DNA from: Anaerolineales bacterium UBA6092
Lineage (GTDB): Bacteria; Chloroflexota; Anaerolineae; Anaerolineales; UBA4823
Assembly (NCBI GenBank): GCA_002428565.1
Contig: DIXA01000058.1
Coordinates: forward strand, 51,570-115,569
Direction of reading: 5' to 3'
Length of the DNA: 64,000 bases
This document shows positions 1 through 7,688 of this stretch, piece after piece (within the stretch, counting starts at the first letter, position 1; each line of letters starts with the position of its first letter). Under the pieces are notes generated by a model. It was not told the DNA's origin. It searched no databases and saw nothing but the letters and a program-made list of their open reading frames with translations. A program made the translations under genes and the position numbers.

Positions 1-582
1 CGCGTCTTTGACCTGATCTTTGGCACCCTGGTGCAGGTCGTTGTTCTGCCGTTGACGGCGGTGATCGCTATTGCCATCAAGCTCGATTCCCCCGGCCCGG
101 TGATCTTCAAGCAGCAGCGTGTGGGTGAGAATGGGCACTTGTTCTGGATGTATAAGTTCCGCTCGATGGTGCAAGATGCCGACGCCCACCTGGTGGACGT
201 GATGCGCCATGATGGCGATGGCCACATGGTGCACAAGCGCCCCGACGACCCGCGGGTGACGCGTGTGGGTCGCATCTTGCGCAAGTTCAGCATGGATGAG
301 CTGCCGCAGTTCTTCAACGTGCTCAAGGGCGATATGAGCGTGGTGGGTCCGCGGCCCGAGCTGCCCGTATTGGTAGAGCAGTATGAGCCGTGGCAGCGGG
401 TGCGCTTTGCCGTGCCGCAGGGCATCACTGGCTGGTGGCAGGTGAACGGGCGCAGTGACAAGCCCATGCACCTCAACACCGAAGATGACATCTACTACGT
501 GCGCCATTTTTCGCTGCTGCTGGATATTCAGATCATCCTCAAGACGGTGTGGGTGGCGCTGCGCGGCAAGGGGGCTTACTGA
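1..582 (+). CDS. Polyprenyl-phosphate sugar-1-phosphate transferase (bacterial sugar transferase family, WbaP/EpsL-like); 5' end outside window
   Basis: Frame 1 is open from base 1 (RVFDLIFGTL precedes the first Met at 31). Family hallmarks are present: AIKLDSPGPVIFKQQRVG, YKFRSM, DELPQFFNVLKGDMSVVGPRPE, and the C-terminal SLLLDIQIILKT helix. Stop TGA at 580-582. Confidence 0.88.
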   Translation, partial: RVFDLIFGTLVQVVVLPLTAVIAIAIKLDSPGPVIFKQQRVGENGHLFWMYKFRSMVQDADAHLVDVMRHDGDGHMVHKRPDDPRVTRVGRILRKFSMDELPQFFNVLKGDMSVVGPRPELPVLVEQYEPWQRVRFAVPQGITGWWQVNGRSDKPMHLNTEDDIYYVRHFSLLLDIQIILKTVWVALRGKGAY

Positions 583-2499
583 GTGAAATGGCAGGCGGCA
601 ATTGCCCGGCTGCCTGGTGCGGTGGCCCCGCGCCGGGAAAAGCTCTGGTTAGGGTTGGTTTTGGCGGCGGGCCTATTGCACGGCCTGCTTTTTGTTTTTC
701 TCGTCCCACCCTGGCAGCATTACGACGAGCCGGGGCGTTTTGAGTATGCCTGGTTGATCGCCAACCGCCCCGGCCTGCCAGAGGTGGGTGATTACGATGC
801 GGCGATGCGCCGGGATGTAGCCGCTTCGATGGTGGAGCACGGCTTCTTCGCCGGCCTGGGCCAGCCGCCCAGCCCGCTGGCCACCCCGGCCTGGATTGGC
901 ATCTCCCAGCTGGATGACCCGCCCGTGTATTACTGGCTGGCGGCGCTGCCGCTGCGGTTGGTGCCCACCAGTGATGTGACCTTGCAGTTATACCTGGCGC
1001 GGCTGGTTTCGCTGAGCCTGTACCTGGTCAGCCTGGCAGCGGCGTATGGCTGCATCACCGAATTGACCCGCCCGGGCCATCCGCTGCGCTGGCTGGTTCC
1101 GCTGGCGCTGGCGCTGCTGCCAGGCTACACCGACCTGATGACCTCGGTGAACAACGACGTGGGGGCGGCGGCTTTCGGCTCCCTATTCTTGTGGTGCGGT
1201 CTGCGCCTGGTGCGGCGCGGGTTTGATATCCGTATGGGGCTGCTGGCGGTGGTGCTAGCGGGGATGTGCGTGGGCACCAAGAACACGGCTGCTCCGGCGG
1301 CGCTGCTGTTGATCCCGGCGCTGCTGCTGGCGTTCTTGCGCGGGAAACAGTTCCGGTTTGCCTGGGGGATTTCGCTTGCTCTGTTGGTGGCGGGGATGGT
1401 ATGGACGCTGCGTCTCGATGGCGCGGCCTCCTGGTACCGCCGGGCCGAAAGCCAGCCCGTGCAGTGCGTGACGGCAGCCGAAGCCCCGCTGGGGAGGCAT
1501 GCCCTGCGTCTAAGCCTGCCCCATTCCTGGCAGGCGCTGGTGCAGGTGATGCAGCCGGTGGCAGGTACAGAGATGCCCGCGCTGCGCGGGCAGGTGGTGA
1601 CGCTGGGGGCCTGGATGTGGGCCAGCCGCCCGCTGGAAATGCAGACCCCCGTACTCAGCGACGGAACGCAGTCCTGGTTTGATACGATACAGATTGGCAC
1701 ACAGCCGGCGTTTTTTGCGTTTTCGGCGTCGGTGCCCGAAGACGCCACCCGCCTGTGGATTGAGCTGCGCTCGCCGGTGGATGACGGCAGCGGCGCGGTG
1801 CAGGTTTGGGTGGATGGGGTGGTGCTGGCGCGGGGTGATTGGGCCGGCGCACCTGCCCCGGTTTTCTCTGCTGCCCGGGCAGAGCAGGGTGAATGGCAGG
1901 GGGCGGCATTCGTGAACCTGGCGCGCAATGCCTCCTTCGAATCCCTCTGGCTGCAGGGCAGCTGGGCTGTGGATGGGCTGCTGGCGCAGGCTGGCTCGCT
2001 GCCGATCACCGAGGGGATGGCCTCGCTCTCTGACCTGCCAGTGGCCCGCTGGTACTACCAGACCAGCCTGGAAAACCTGCTGCGCACCTTTTGGGGAAGG
2101 TTCGGCTGGGGGCATGTTGCGCTGCTGGGGCCGAAGCCTTATCGGTTCTTGGGCGTGGTTGCAGCAGTAGGCGGCCTGGGGGCGCTGCTCACCCTGTGGC
2201 AGCAGCGGCGCAGATTGGATTGGAATGCCCTGGGCTGGCTGGGCGCGGCCCTGGCGTTGGTGTGGGGAGCGGCGCTGTGGCGCGGGGCGGGGTCTCTCAC
2301 CGGGCTGATCTTCATCCCTGGGGCGCGCTATGCCATCCTGGTGATTGTCCCGACCGTGCTGCTGCTGGTGCAGGGATGGCGCAAGGTGTGTTCGCTGGCG
2401 CGCCTGCCTGGCTGGGTGGCCAGCCTGGGAATGGTGATTTTCTTTTTGGGTTTGGATGTCTGGGCGTGGGCGAGCATTGCGGGGTATTATCACCATTGA
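583..2499 (+). CDS. Multi-pass membrane protein, probable GT-C-fold glycosyltransferase (ArnT/PMT/DUF2142-like)
   Basis: GTG 583 directly follows the upstream TGA (TGAGTG junction). There are about a dozen hydrophobic helices. The first-loop motif PPWQHYDEPGRFEYAW resembles the acidic loop of GT-C enzymes. A roughly 200-aa soluble insert precedes the last three helices. The family call rests on motif memory only. Confidence 0.5.
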   Translation: MKWQAAIARLPGAVAPRREKLWLGLVLAAGLLHGLLFVFLVPPWQHYDEPGRFEYAWLIANRPGLPEVGDYDAAMRRDVAASMVEHGFFAGLGQPPSPLATPAWIGISQLDDPPVYYWLAALPLRLVPTSDVTLQLYLARLVSLSLYLVSLAAAYGCITELTRPGHPLRWLVPLALALLPGYTDLMTSVNNDVGAAAFGSLFLWCGLRLVRRGFDIRMGLLAVVLAGMCVGTKNTAAPAALLLIPALLLAFLRGKQFRFAWGISLALLVAGMVWTLRLDGAASWYRRAESQPVQCVTAAEAPLGRHALRLSLPHSWQALVQVMQPVAGTEMPALRGQVVTLGAWMWASRPLEMQTPVLSDGTQSWFDTIQIGTQPAFFAFSASVPEDATRLWIELRSPVDDGSGAVQVWVDGVVLARGDWAGAPAPVFSAARAEQGEWQGAAFVNLARNASFESLWLQGSWAVDGLLAQAGSLPITEGMASLSDLPVARWYYQTSLENLLRTFWGRFGWGHVALLGPKPYRFLGVVAAVGGLGALLTLWQQRRRLDWNALGWLGAALALVWGAALWRGAGSLTGLIFIPGARYAILVIVPTVLLLVQGWRKVCSLARLPGWVASLGMVIFFLGLDVWAWASIAGYYHH

Positions 2500-2536
2500 C
2501 ATCTCTACCCGGCATGGCTATAATCTGCTTCGCACT

Positions 2537-2608
2537 GCGGGTGTTGCCAAGTGGTAAGGCAGTAGCTTCCCAAGCTACCATTCGTGGGTTCGAATCCCAT
2601 CACCCGCT
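2537..2608 (+). tRNA. tRNA-Gly (anticodon CCC)
   Basis: 72-nt cloverleaf: acceptor GCGGGTG/CACCCGC; D-arm GCC-AAGTGGTAA-GGC; anticodon stem GTAGC/GCTAC with loop TTCCCAA (anticodon CCC); T-arm GTGGG-TTCGAAT-CCCAT; discriminator T. CCA is not encoded. Confidence 0.9.
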
Positions 2609-2620
2609 CTACGATATCAA

Positions 2621-2666
2621 AAAAAGAGCAACTGCGGGCAATTTGCGCCCGCAGTTGCTCTTTTTT
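2621..2666 (+). terminator. Rho-independent terminator after tRNA-Gly (A-tract / 14-bp GC-rich stem / T6)
   Basis: GAGCAACTGCGGGC (2626-2639) pairs with GCCCGCAGTTGCTC (2647-2660) across a 7-nt loop. It is preceded by A5 and followed by TTTTTT (2661-2666). Confidence 0.85.
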
Positions 2667-2690
2667 GTAACCTCTCAATAATTCGGGGAA

Positions 2691-2733
2691 GCAGGGTGTT
2701 TTGTGCGTGCTTTGCACGCACAAAACACCCTGC
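2691..2733. repeat. 43-bp perfect palindrome (20-bp arms, 3-nt centre)
   Basis: GCAGGGTGTTTTGTGCGTGC-TTT-GCACGCACAAAACACCCTGC has no mismatch. It has no flanking T-run, so it is not a classical terminator. It lies between the tRNA and the first gene of the signalling cluster. Confidence 0.8.
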
Positions 2734-2866
2734 ACCCCAAGTTGTCGAGAAGTTGCTCTTTTTTGGATAAGTTTGCTAAAATCAGGGGGATGGGAAAGAA
2801 TATTGCAATTTCATGACCAATCCTTGCGATTTGCAACGGGGATGTCATGCGAAGAATCGACGCCCG

Positions 2867-2875
2867 TGCTAAAAT
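2867..2875 (+). promoter_or_regulatory. Candidate extended -10 element (TGCTAAAAT) upstream of the signalling cluster
   Basis: TGnTAAAAT lies 33 nt upstream of ATG 2908 in an AT-richer intergenic stretch. The -35 is weak (TGCGAA, 16-nt spacer). This is a motif match only. Confidence 0.2.
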
Positions 2876-2907
2876 GGATAGATATAGTGCCAAAAAAGGG
2901 TGAAAGA

Positions 2908-3294
2908 ATGAACGAAGAATTAACAATTCTATATGTGGAAGACAATCCCGAGAACCGCTTGCTGGTTCGCCGGATATTAATGGCCGAAGATTTCAACGTT
3001 GTGGAGGCCGAGTCGGCAACCATCGCGGTGGATTACCTGAAAGAGAACCGGCCAGATTTAATTTTGATGGATATCAATATGCCGGAGGTGGACGGATATA
3101 CCCTGACTGCCCGCCTGCGTGAAAACTCGCGCCTGGATGGCGTGCCGATCATCGCGCTGACTGCCAACGTGATGAGAGGCGACCGCGAGCGCACGCTGGA
3201 AGCGGGCTGTGATGGCTATATCCAGAAACCGATCGATGTAGATCTGCTGCCGCAGCAGATCTTGCGCTTTCTGAAAGAGGTGGGTCGTGTCTGA
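2908..3294 (+). CDS. Single-domain CheY-like response-regulator receiver
   Basis: ATG 2908 is preceded by AAAGGG. The longer ORF-track start at 2701 would translate the palindrome and promoter region. Motifs: ILYVEDNPENR, acceptor Asp in DLILMDINMPEVDG, IIALTA, GYIQKP. No output domain. Confidence 0.88.
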   Translation: MNEELTILYVEDNPENRLLVRRILMAEDFNVVEAESATIAVDYLKENRPDLILMDINMPEVDGYTLTARLRENSRLDGVPIIALTANVMRGDRERTLEAGCDGYIQKPIDVDLLPQQILRFLKEVGRV

Positions 3295-3751
3295 TATCTA
3301 CTTCCAATCCTCCAACGATAACCCGCAAGGGACAACCCCGCGCAAGGATGTCATCCCCAAAGACGCCACCGTGCTGGTGGTGGAAGATAATGTGTCCAAC
3401 TTTGTGCTGATCGCACGCATGTTGGGCTACATGGGCATCCACTGCGAGTGGAAGACCTCAGGATATGAGGTGGTTGAGTATGCCGATACGCTGCCCCGGC
3501 TGGATTTGATCCTCATGGATATCCGCCTGCCCTATGAGGATGGCTACGGGGCTTTGCGCAAGATCCGCGCTTCACCTGCTTTGAAAGACACACTGGTGGT
3601 TGCCGTGACGGCTGAAGCCAGCGTGGAGCAGGTCAACAAGGCCAGGGCGGCTGGCTTTGACGGCTTCTTGGGGAAGCCCCTGGATATGGATCGTTTCCCA
3701 GAGCAGATCCGCCGGATTTTAGGCGGTGAGGCGGTCTGGGAGATGAACTAG
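3287..3751 (+). CDS. Single-domain CheY-like response-regulator receiver (second copy, about 25-aa N-terminal extension)
   Basis: GTG 3287 overlaps the upstream stop by 8 nt. Motifs: VLVVEDNVSN, LDLILMDIRLPYEDG, VVAVTAEA, GFLGKP. No output domain. Confidence 0.85.
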   Translation: MSDIYFQSSNDNPQGTTPRKDVIPKDATVLVVEDNVSNFVLIARMLGYMGIHCEWKTSGYEVVEYADTLPRLDLILMDIRLPYEDGYGALRKIRASPALKDTLVVAVTAEASVEQVNKARAAGFDGFLGKPLDMDRFPEQIRRILGGEAVWEMN

Positions 3752-3773
3752 GCAATGCAATTGGGAATGGCTT

Positions 3774-5975
3774 ATGCCCACACAAGAGAAATGCCCTTTT
3801 TGCAACCAGCCCATTGAACCAGAAGTAGAAACTTGCCCTCACTGCGGAAAGATGATCTTGGCTATCCCCGCGGGTGAGGTCCCCCCTTCCTCGATCGATC
3901 GACAATTTACCCCCGAAATGTTGGTGCACCGCCTGGGTGATTACCTGTTAGAGAGCGGTGTGATCAAGAAGAAAGATCTGAATCGGGCGTTGGAGTACCA
4001 GAAGGAACTGGCCCCTCAGCGGCATGTTTTGCTGGGCCAGGCTCTGTTGGAATTGGGGCTGGTGGACCGCGACACGCTGGACCAGGCTATCACCCGGCAG
4101 CTGCTCTCGCTGCAAAACGCGTTGATGGAGACCAACCGCCAGCTCGAAGACCGGGTGACACAGCGCACCAAAGACCTGGAGCGGCGGCTGGTGCAGATCC
4201 GCACCGCGGCAGATATCACTCAGTTGGCCATCTCGGCCTCCAGCCTGAGCGAGCTTTTACGCCGGGCGGTGGATCTGATCGTGGAGCGCTTTGAATACTA
4301 CCTGGCCTCCATTTTCGTGGTCGATGAGACCGGCGAGAATGCACTTCTTGCCGAAGCCAGCGGCAAAGCCGATAAGGATTTGATGTCGAAGGGAGTAAAG
4401 ATCGCAGCGGGCTCGCGCTCGATGGTGGGCTGGGTGCTGGTGCACCGCAAGCCGCGCGTGGCGGCAGAAGTGGACGACGATTACTTCTACCTCTCCAGCG
4501 ATCAATTGCACGAAACCCGCTCGGAGGTGTGCATACCGATCATGATGGGGGAGAACCTGCTGGGCGTGCTGGATGTGCAGCACAGCGTTACCAATGCCTT
4601 TGACCCCGACGCGGTGGCGGTGTTGCAGATCATTGCCAACCATATCGCCTCGGTGATGCAGAGTTTCCGCTTGCTAGAGACAACGCGCTCCAGCCTGAGC
4701 GAATTATCTTCGCTGTACTATGCCAGTTACCAGTTGGCCCGGGCAGAGAAGTTGGAAGATGTGACCAACGTGGTCACCACTCTCTTGGAGCAGTCGCCTT
4801 ATTTTGCCATGTTCCTGTTGCCCAAGCGCAACAACATGCAGGTGCTGGCGGCTTATACGCCAGGCTTGCCCGAATGGGGATTGAGCAGCAAGCCGCCGCA
4901 GTATCCCGAATCGCTGGAAGTGTTGCCGGCAGATATCAACCAGCTTTTTGCGCAGAAGGATGGCGGCCCGGTTACCACCACCCCTGGTGAGCCCTACCTG
5001 ATCCTCCACTCGATCGCCGATACGGAGCAGCCTGTGGTTGTGCCAGAGGCGCTGTTAGGCTTCCTGCGCCAGGCGGGTTACCAATCTGTGGCCCTCATCC
5101 CCAGCCGCCGCTCGGGTACGCTGGATACCCTGGTGCTGCTGGCGACGCCGCAAGTCACGGGCTTTTCCAACGGGGTTTTACAAGCCTATGCCAGTCTGGC
5201 AGAGCTTTCTGCCACCGCCCTGGAAAAGGTGCGCGCCTCACAGCGCATGCTCAAGCAAATGAATGCTCTGGCCACGCTGAACACGATCAGCCAGGCGGTT
5301 TCGGTTGAGACCGACCTGCAAACCCTGTACCAGGTGATCCATCGCGAAGTGATCGGGGTGATGGGCAACGTCAACTTCGCCATCGCCATTTACGATAAAG
5401 ACGCCGATACCATCACCGTCCCCTATATGTTTGATGGTAAAGATGTGAAAAACGTGCCGGCTTTCCCCCTGGGCGAGGGGATGACCTCGATCTTGATCCG
5501 TACCCGCAAATCGTTGATGCTGGTGGAAGATACCGAGCGCAAGACCCGCGAACTGGGCGCCAAGCTGGTGGGCAAGCCGGCCAAATCCTGGCTGGGCGTG
5601 CCGCTGCTGGTGGCTGGCGATGTGCTGGGGGCCATCCTGGCGCAAGACCTGGAACGCGAGGGGCGCTTTGACGAGGACGATCAGCGCTTGATGGAGACCC
5701 TGGCCTCGCAGGTAGCCGTGGCGGTGCGCAATGCCCGCCTGCTGGAAAGCACTTACCGGCAGGCCGAGCGCGAACGCCTGTTGTATGACATCACCAATAA
5801 GATCCGTTTCTCACCCGATATCGCCCATATCCTGGAGACGACCACCCGCGAACTGAGCCATGCTTTGGGTACGCGGCGGGCAACCATTCAACTGGGTCTG
5901 ACGCCCGACCAGCCGCCCCAGCCACCCGCAGAGACCCCTCCTCCCAACCAGCCGACCTCTGCCAGCAGTTCGTAG
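3774..5975 (+). CDS. Cytoplasmic zinc-ribbon / MshEN-like / S-helix / triple-GAF protein with the shared C-terminal tail; no output domain
   Basis: Domain order: CPFC...CPHC ribbon; RLGDYLLESGVIKKKDLNRALEYQ (MshEN-type motif); coiled coil with QRTKDLERRLVQIRTAA; A-type GAF (RFEYYLASIFVVDE...LLGVLDVQHSVTNAF); C-type GAF-like (LYYASYQLA...); B-type GAF (FAIAIYDKDADTITVPYMF...SWLGVPLLVAGDVLGAILAQD); tail ERERLLYDITNKIRFSPDIAHILETTTRELSHALG. No hydrophobic helices. Confidence 0.85.
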   Translation: MPTQEKCPFCNQPIEPEVETCPHCGKMILAIPAGEVPPSSIDRQFTPEMLVHRLGDYLLESGVIKKKDLNRALEYQKELAPQRHVLLGQALLELGLVDRDTLDQAITRQLLSLQNALMETNRQLEDRVTQRTKDLERRLVQIRTAADITQLAISASSLSELLRRAVDLIVERFEYYLASIFVVDETGENALLAEASGKADKDLMSKGVKIAAGSRSMVGWVLVHRKPRVAAEVDDDYFYLSSDQLHETRSEVCIPIMMGENLLGVLDVQHSVTNAFDPDAVAVLQIIANHIASVMQSFRLLETTRSSLSELSSLYYASYQLARAEKLEDVTNVVTTLLEQSPYFAMFLLPKRNNMQVLAAYTPGLPEWGLSSKPPQYPESLEVLPADINQLFAQKDGGPVTTTPGEPYLILHSIADTEQPVVVPEALLGFLRQAGYQSVALIPSRRSGTLDTLVLLATPQVTGFSNGVLQAYASLAELSATALEKVRASQRMLKQMNALATLNTISQAVSVETDLQTLYQVIHREVIGVMGNVNFAIAIYDKDADTITVPYMFDGKDVKNVPAFPLGEGMTSILIRTRKSLMLVEDTERKTRELGAKLVGKPAKSWLGVPLLVAGDVLGAILAQDLEREGRFDEDDQRLMETLASQVAVAVRNARLLESTYRQAERERLLYDITNKIRFSPDIAHILETTTRELSHALGTRRATIQLGLTPDQPPQPPAETPPPNQPTSASSS

Positions 5976-5987
5976 CAGGAGTAGCGT

Positions 5988-7688
5988 ATGAAGCGTTCAT
6001 TCTACCGCCGACAGGTACCCCCCAGCCGCCAGGTTGCTGTTGAAGAAAAGAAAAGCAGCCTGGAAGAATTGCGCTTGCGTATCATGAACGTGATGCTTTA
6101 CGGGGCAGTCACCGTGGGGCTGATCGCGGTCATTTCAAACCTGATGACGGATATTCCCCAGGGCAACTGGGGGGTGATTGCGGTCTACGCGGTGGCCTAT
6201 GCTGGGCTGCTGGCGGTCACCTTTTTCCGGCGGTTGCCGTTTGACGTGCGAGCGTATGGTTTGACGCTGCTGCCATATCTTTTGGGCGTGACCGCGGCGG
6301 TGCAAGATGGCATTGCCGGGAACGGGCGGGTGTGGATGCTGCTTTCGGCCGGGTTGGCCAGCATCTTGTTGGGGCCGAGGGTGGGGGTTGGGTATCTGCT
6401 CTTGGGCACAGCCACGCTGCTGGGCATTGGCGGGGCGTTCAGCCAGGGCTGGCTGCCGCTCCCCGATGAGGCGTTGATCCCCTCGGCGGCACATTTTTCA
6501 GATTGGCTGGGAACCGGCTCGGTGTTCCTGCTGACGGCCTTCACTATTGGCGTCTCGCTGAGCGTGTTGATCCGCGGCCTGGATACAAGCCTGCAGAAAG
6601 AGCAGGCTTTAGCCAGCAGCCTGGCTTTTGACCAGCAGCAACTGGATGACCGCACACATGAACTGGACCGCCGCCTGGTGCAGATCCGCACTGCGGCGGA
6701 GATTTCCCGCACCCTCAGCGGCGTGTTGGACCCAAATCTGCTGCTACAACAAGTGGTGGACCTGGTGCGCCAGCGTTTCAGCCTGTATTACGTGGCTGCC
6801 TTCCTTATTGATGATCTTGGCGAATACGCCGTGCTGCGGGCGGGCACGGGCGAGGCTGGCTCGAAGATGATCGCCGCAGGTCACCGCCTGCCGGTTGGCG
6901 GGGCCTCGATGATCGGCTGGACGATTGCGAACCGGCGGCCGCGCATTGCCCTGGATGTGGGCCAAGACGCGGTGCGCTTTAGCAACCCGCTGCTGCCGCA
7001 GACGCGCTCTGAGATGGCCCTGCCTCTGGTCAGCGGCGAGCAGGTCTTTGGGGCGCTCTCCATCCAATCGGTGCAGGCTGAGGCCTTCGACGAAGATGAT
7101 GTGGCGGTTTTGCAGGGCATTGCCGATAGTCTGGCAACCGCCCTGCAGAACGCGCGCTTATTCCAGCAGTCGGCGCAAAGCCTGGATGAGATCCGAGCGC
7201 TGAACCGCCAGTATGTGGCCGATGCATGGAAGGAAATCTCGCAGCAGCCGGGGGTATCTCAGGCCAGCCATGAGAATGAACTATACAGTGGGTCGGTGGA
7301 AGGCTTGCGTGTGTTGCCGGTGCCGCTGACCCTGCGCGATCAGGTGATCGGTCAGTTGCTGTTGGAAACGGATCGAACCACTCTCACACCGGAAGAGCTG
7401 AACTTTATCGAACAGGTGACCACCCAGGCTGCCCTGGCGATGGAAAACGTGCGCCTGCTTGAGGAGACCCAGCGACGCGCCGGGGAAGAGCGGCTGTTGG
7501 TGGATGTGGTACAGAAAGCGCGTTCCTCTGCGGACATTGAATCGATCTTGCGCATCACCATCAAAGAGCTGAGCAGTGCCTTAGGCGCCTCGGAGAGCGA
7601 AATTTACCTGGCGCCTGCTTACGCACTGCAGGAGCAGCCCGGCGGCAATGGCTACCAGGACGGGGCGGAGGGAGGTGAAGAGGCATGA
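5988..7688 (+). CDS. Membrane (about 5-6 TM) S-helix-GAF receptor, no HAMP and no output domain
   Basis: The N-terminal 200 aa are hydrophobic helices. Then come the coiled coil DRTHELDRRLVQIRTAAEISR, an A-type GAF (RFSLYYVAAFLIDDLGEYAVLRAGTGEAG...VFGALSIQSVQAEAF), the half-GAF LPVPLTLRDQVIGQLLLE...TPEELNFIEQV...ENVRLLEE, and the tail GEERLLVDVVQKARSSADIESILRITIKELSSALG. Confidence 0.85.
   Translation: MKRSFYRRQVPPSRQVAVEEKKSSLEELRLRIMNVMLYGAVTVGLIAVISNLMTDIPQGNWGVIAVYAVAYAGLLAVTFFRRLPFDVRAYGLTLLPYLLGVTAAVQDGIAGNGRVWMLLSAGLASILLGPRVGVGYLLLGTATLLGIGGAFSQGWLPLPDEALIPSAAHFSDWLGTGSVFLLTAFTIGVSLSVLIRGLDTSLQKEQALASSLAFDQQQLDDRTHELDRRLVQIRTAAEISRTLSGVLDPNLLLQQVVDLVRQRFSLYYVAAFLIDDLGEYAVLRAGTGEAGSKMIAAGHRLPVGGASMIGWTIANRRPRIALDVGQDAVRFSNPLLPQTRSEMALPLVSGEQVFGALSIQSVQAEAFDEDDVAVLQGIADSLATALQNARLFQQSAQSLDEIRALNRQYVADAWKEISQQPGVSQASHENELYSGSVEGLRVLPVPLTLRDQVIGQLLLETDRTTLTPEELNFIEQVTTQAALAMENVRLLEETQRRAGEERLLVDVVQKARSSADIESILRITIKELSSALGASESEIYLAPAYALQEQPGGNGYQDGAEGGEEA

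Noticed and set aside
1125-2502. Minus-strand ORFs 1125-2009 (294 aa) and 1510-2502 (330 aa), plus several short + strand alternative-frame ORFs over the GT-C-like gene
   Set aside because: The chosen frame yields a coherent polytopic membrane protein contiguous with the sugar transferase gene. The alternatives are Arg/Pro/Ser/Gln-rich GC artefacts.
2701-2907. N-terminal extension of the first receiver ORF (ORF-track start 2701)
   Set aside because: It would translate half of the perfect palindrome and the AT-richer promoter-like region. The receiver domain begins right after Met at 2908, which has an upstream purine-rich RBS.
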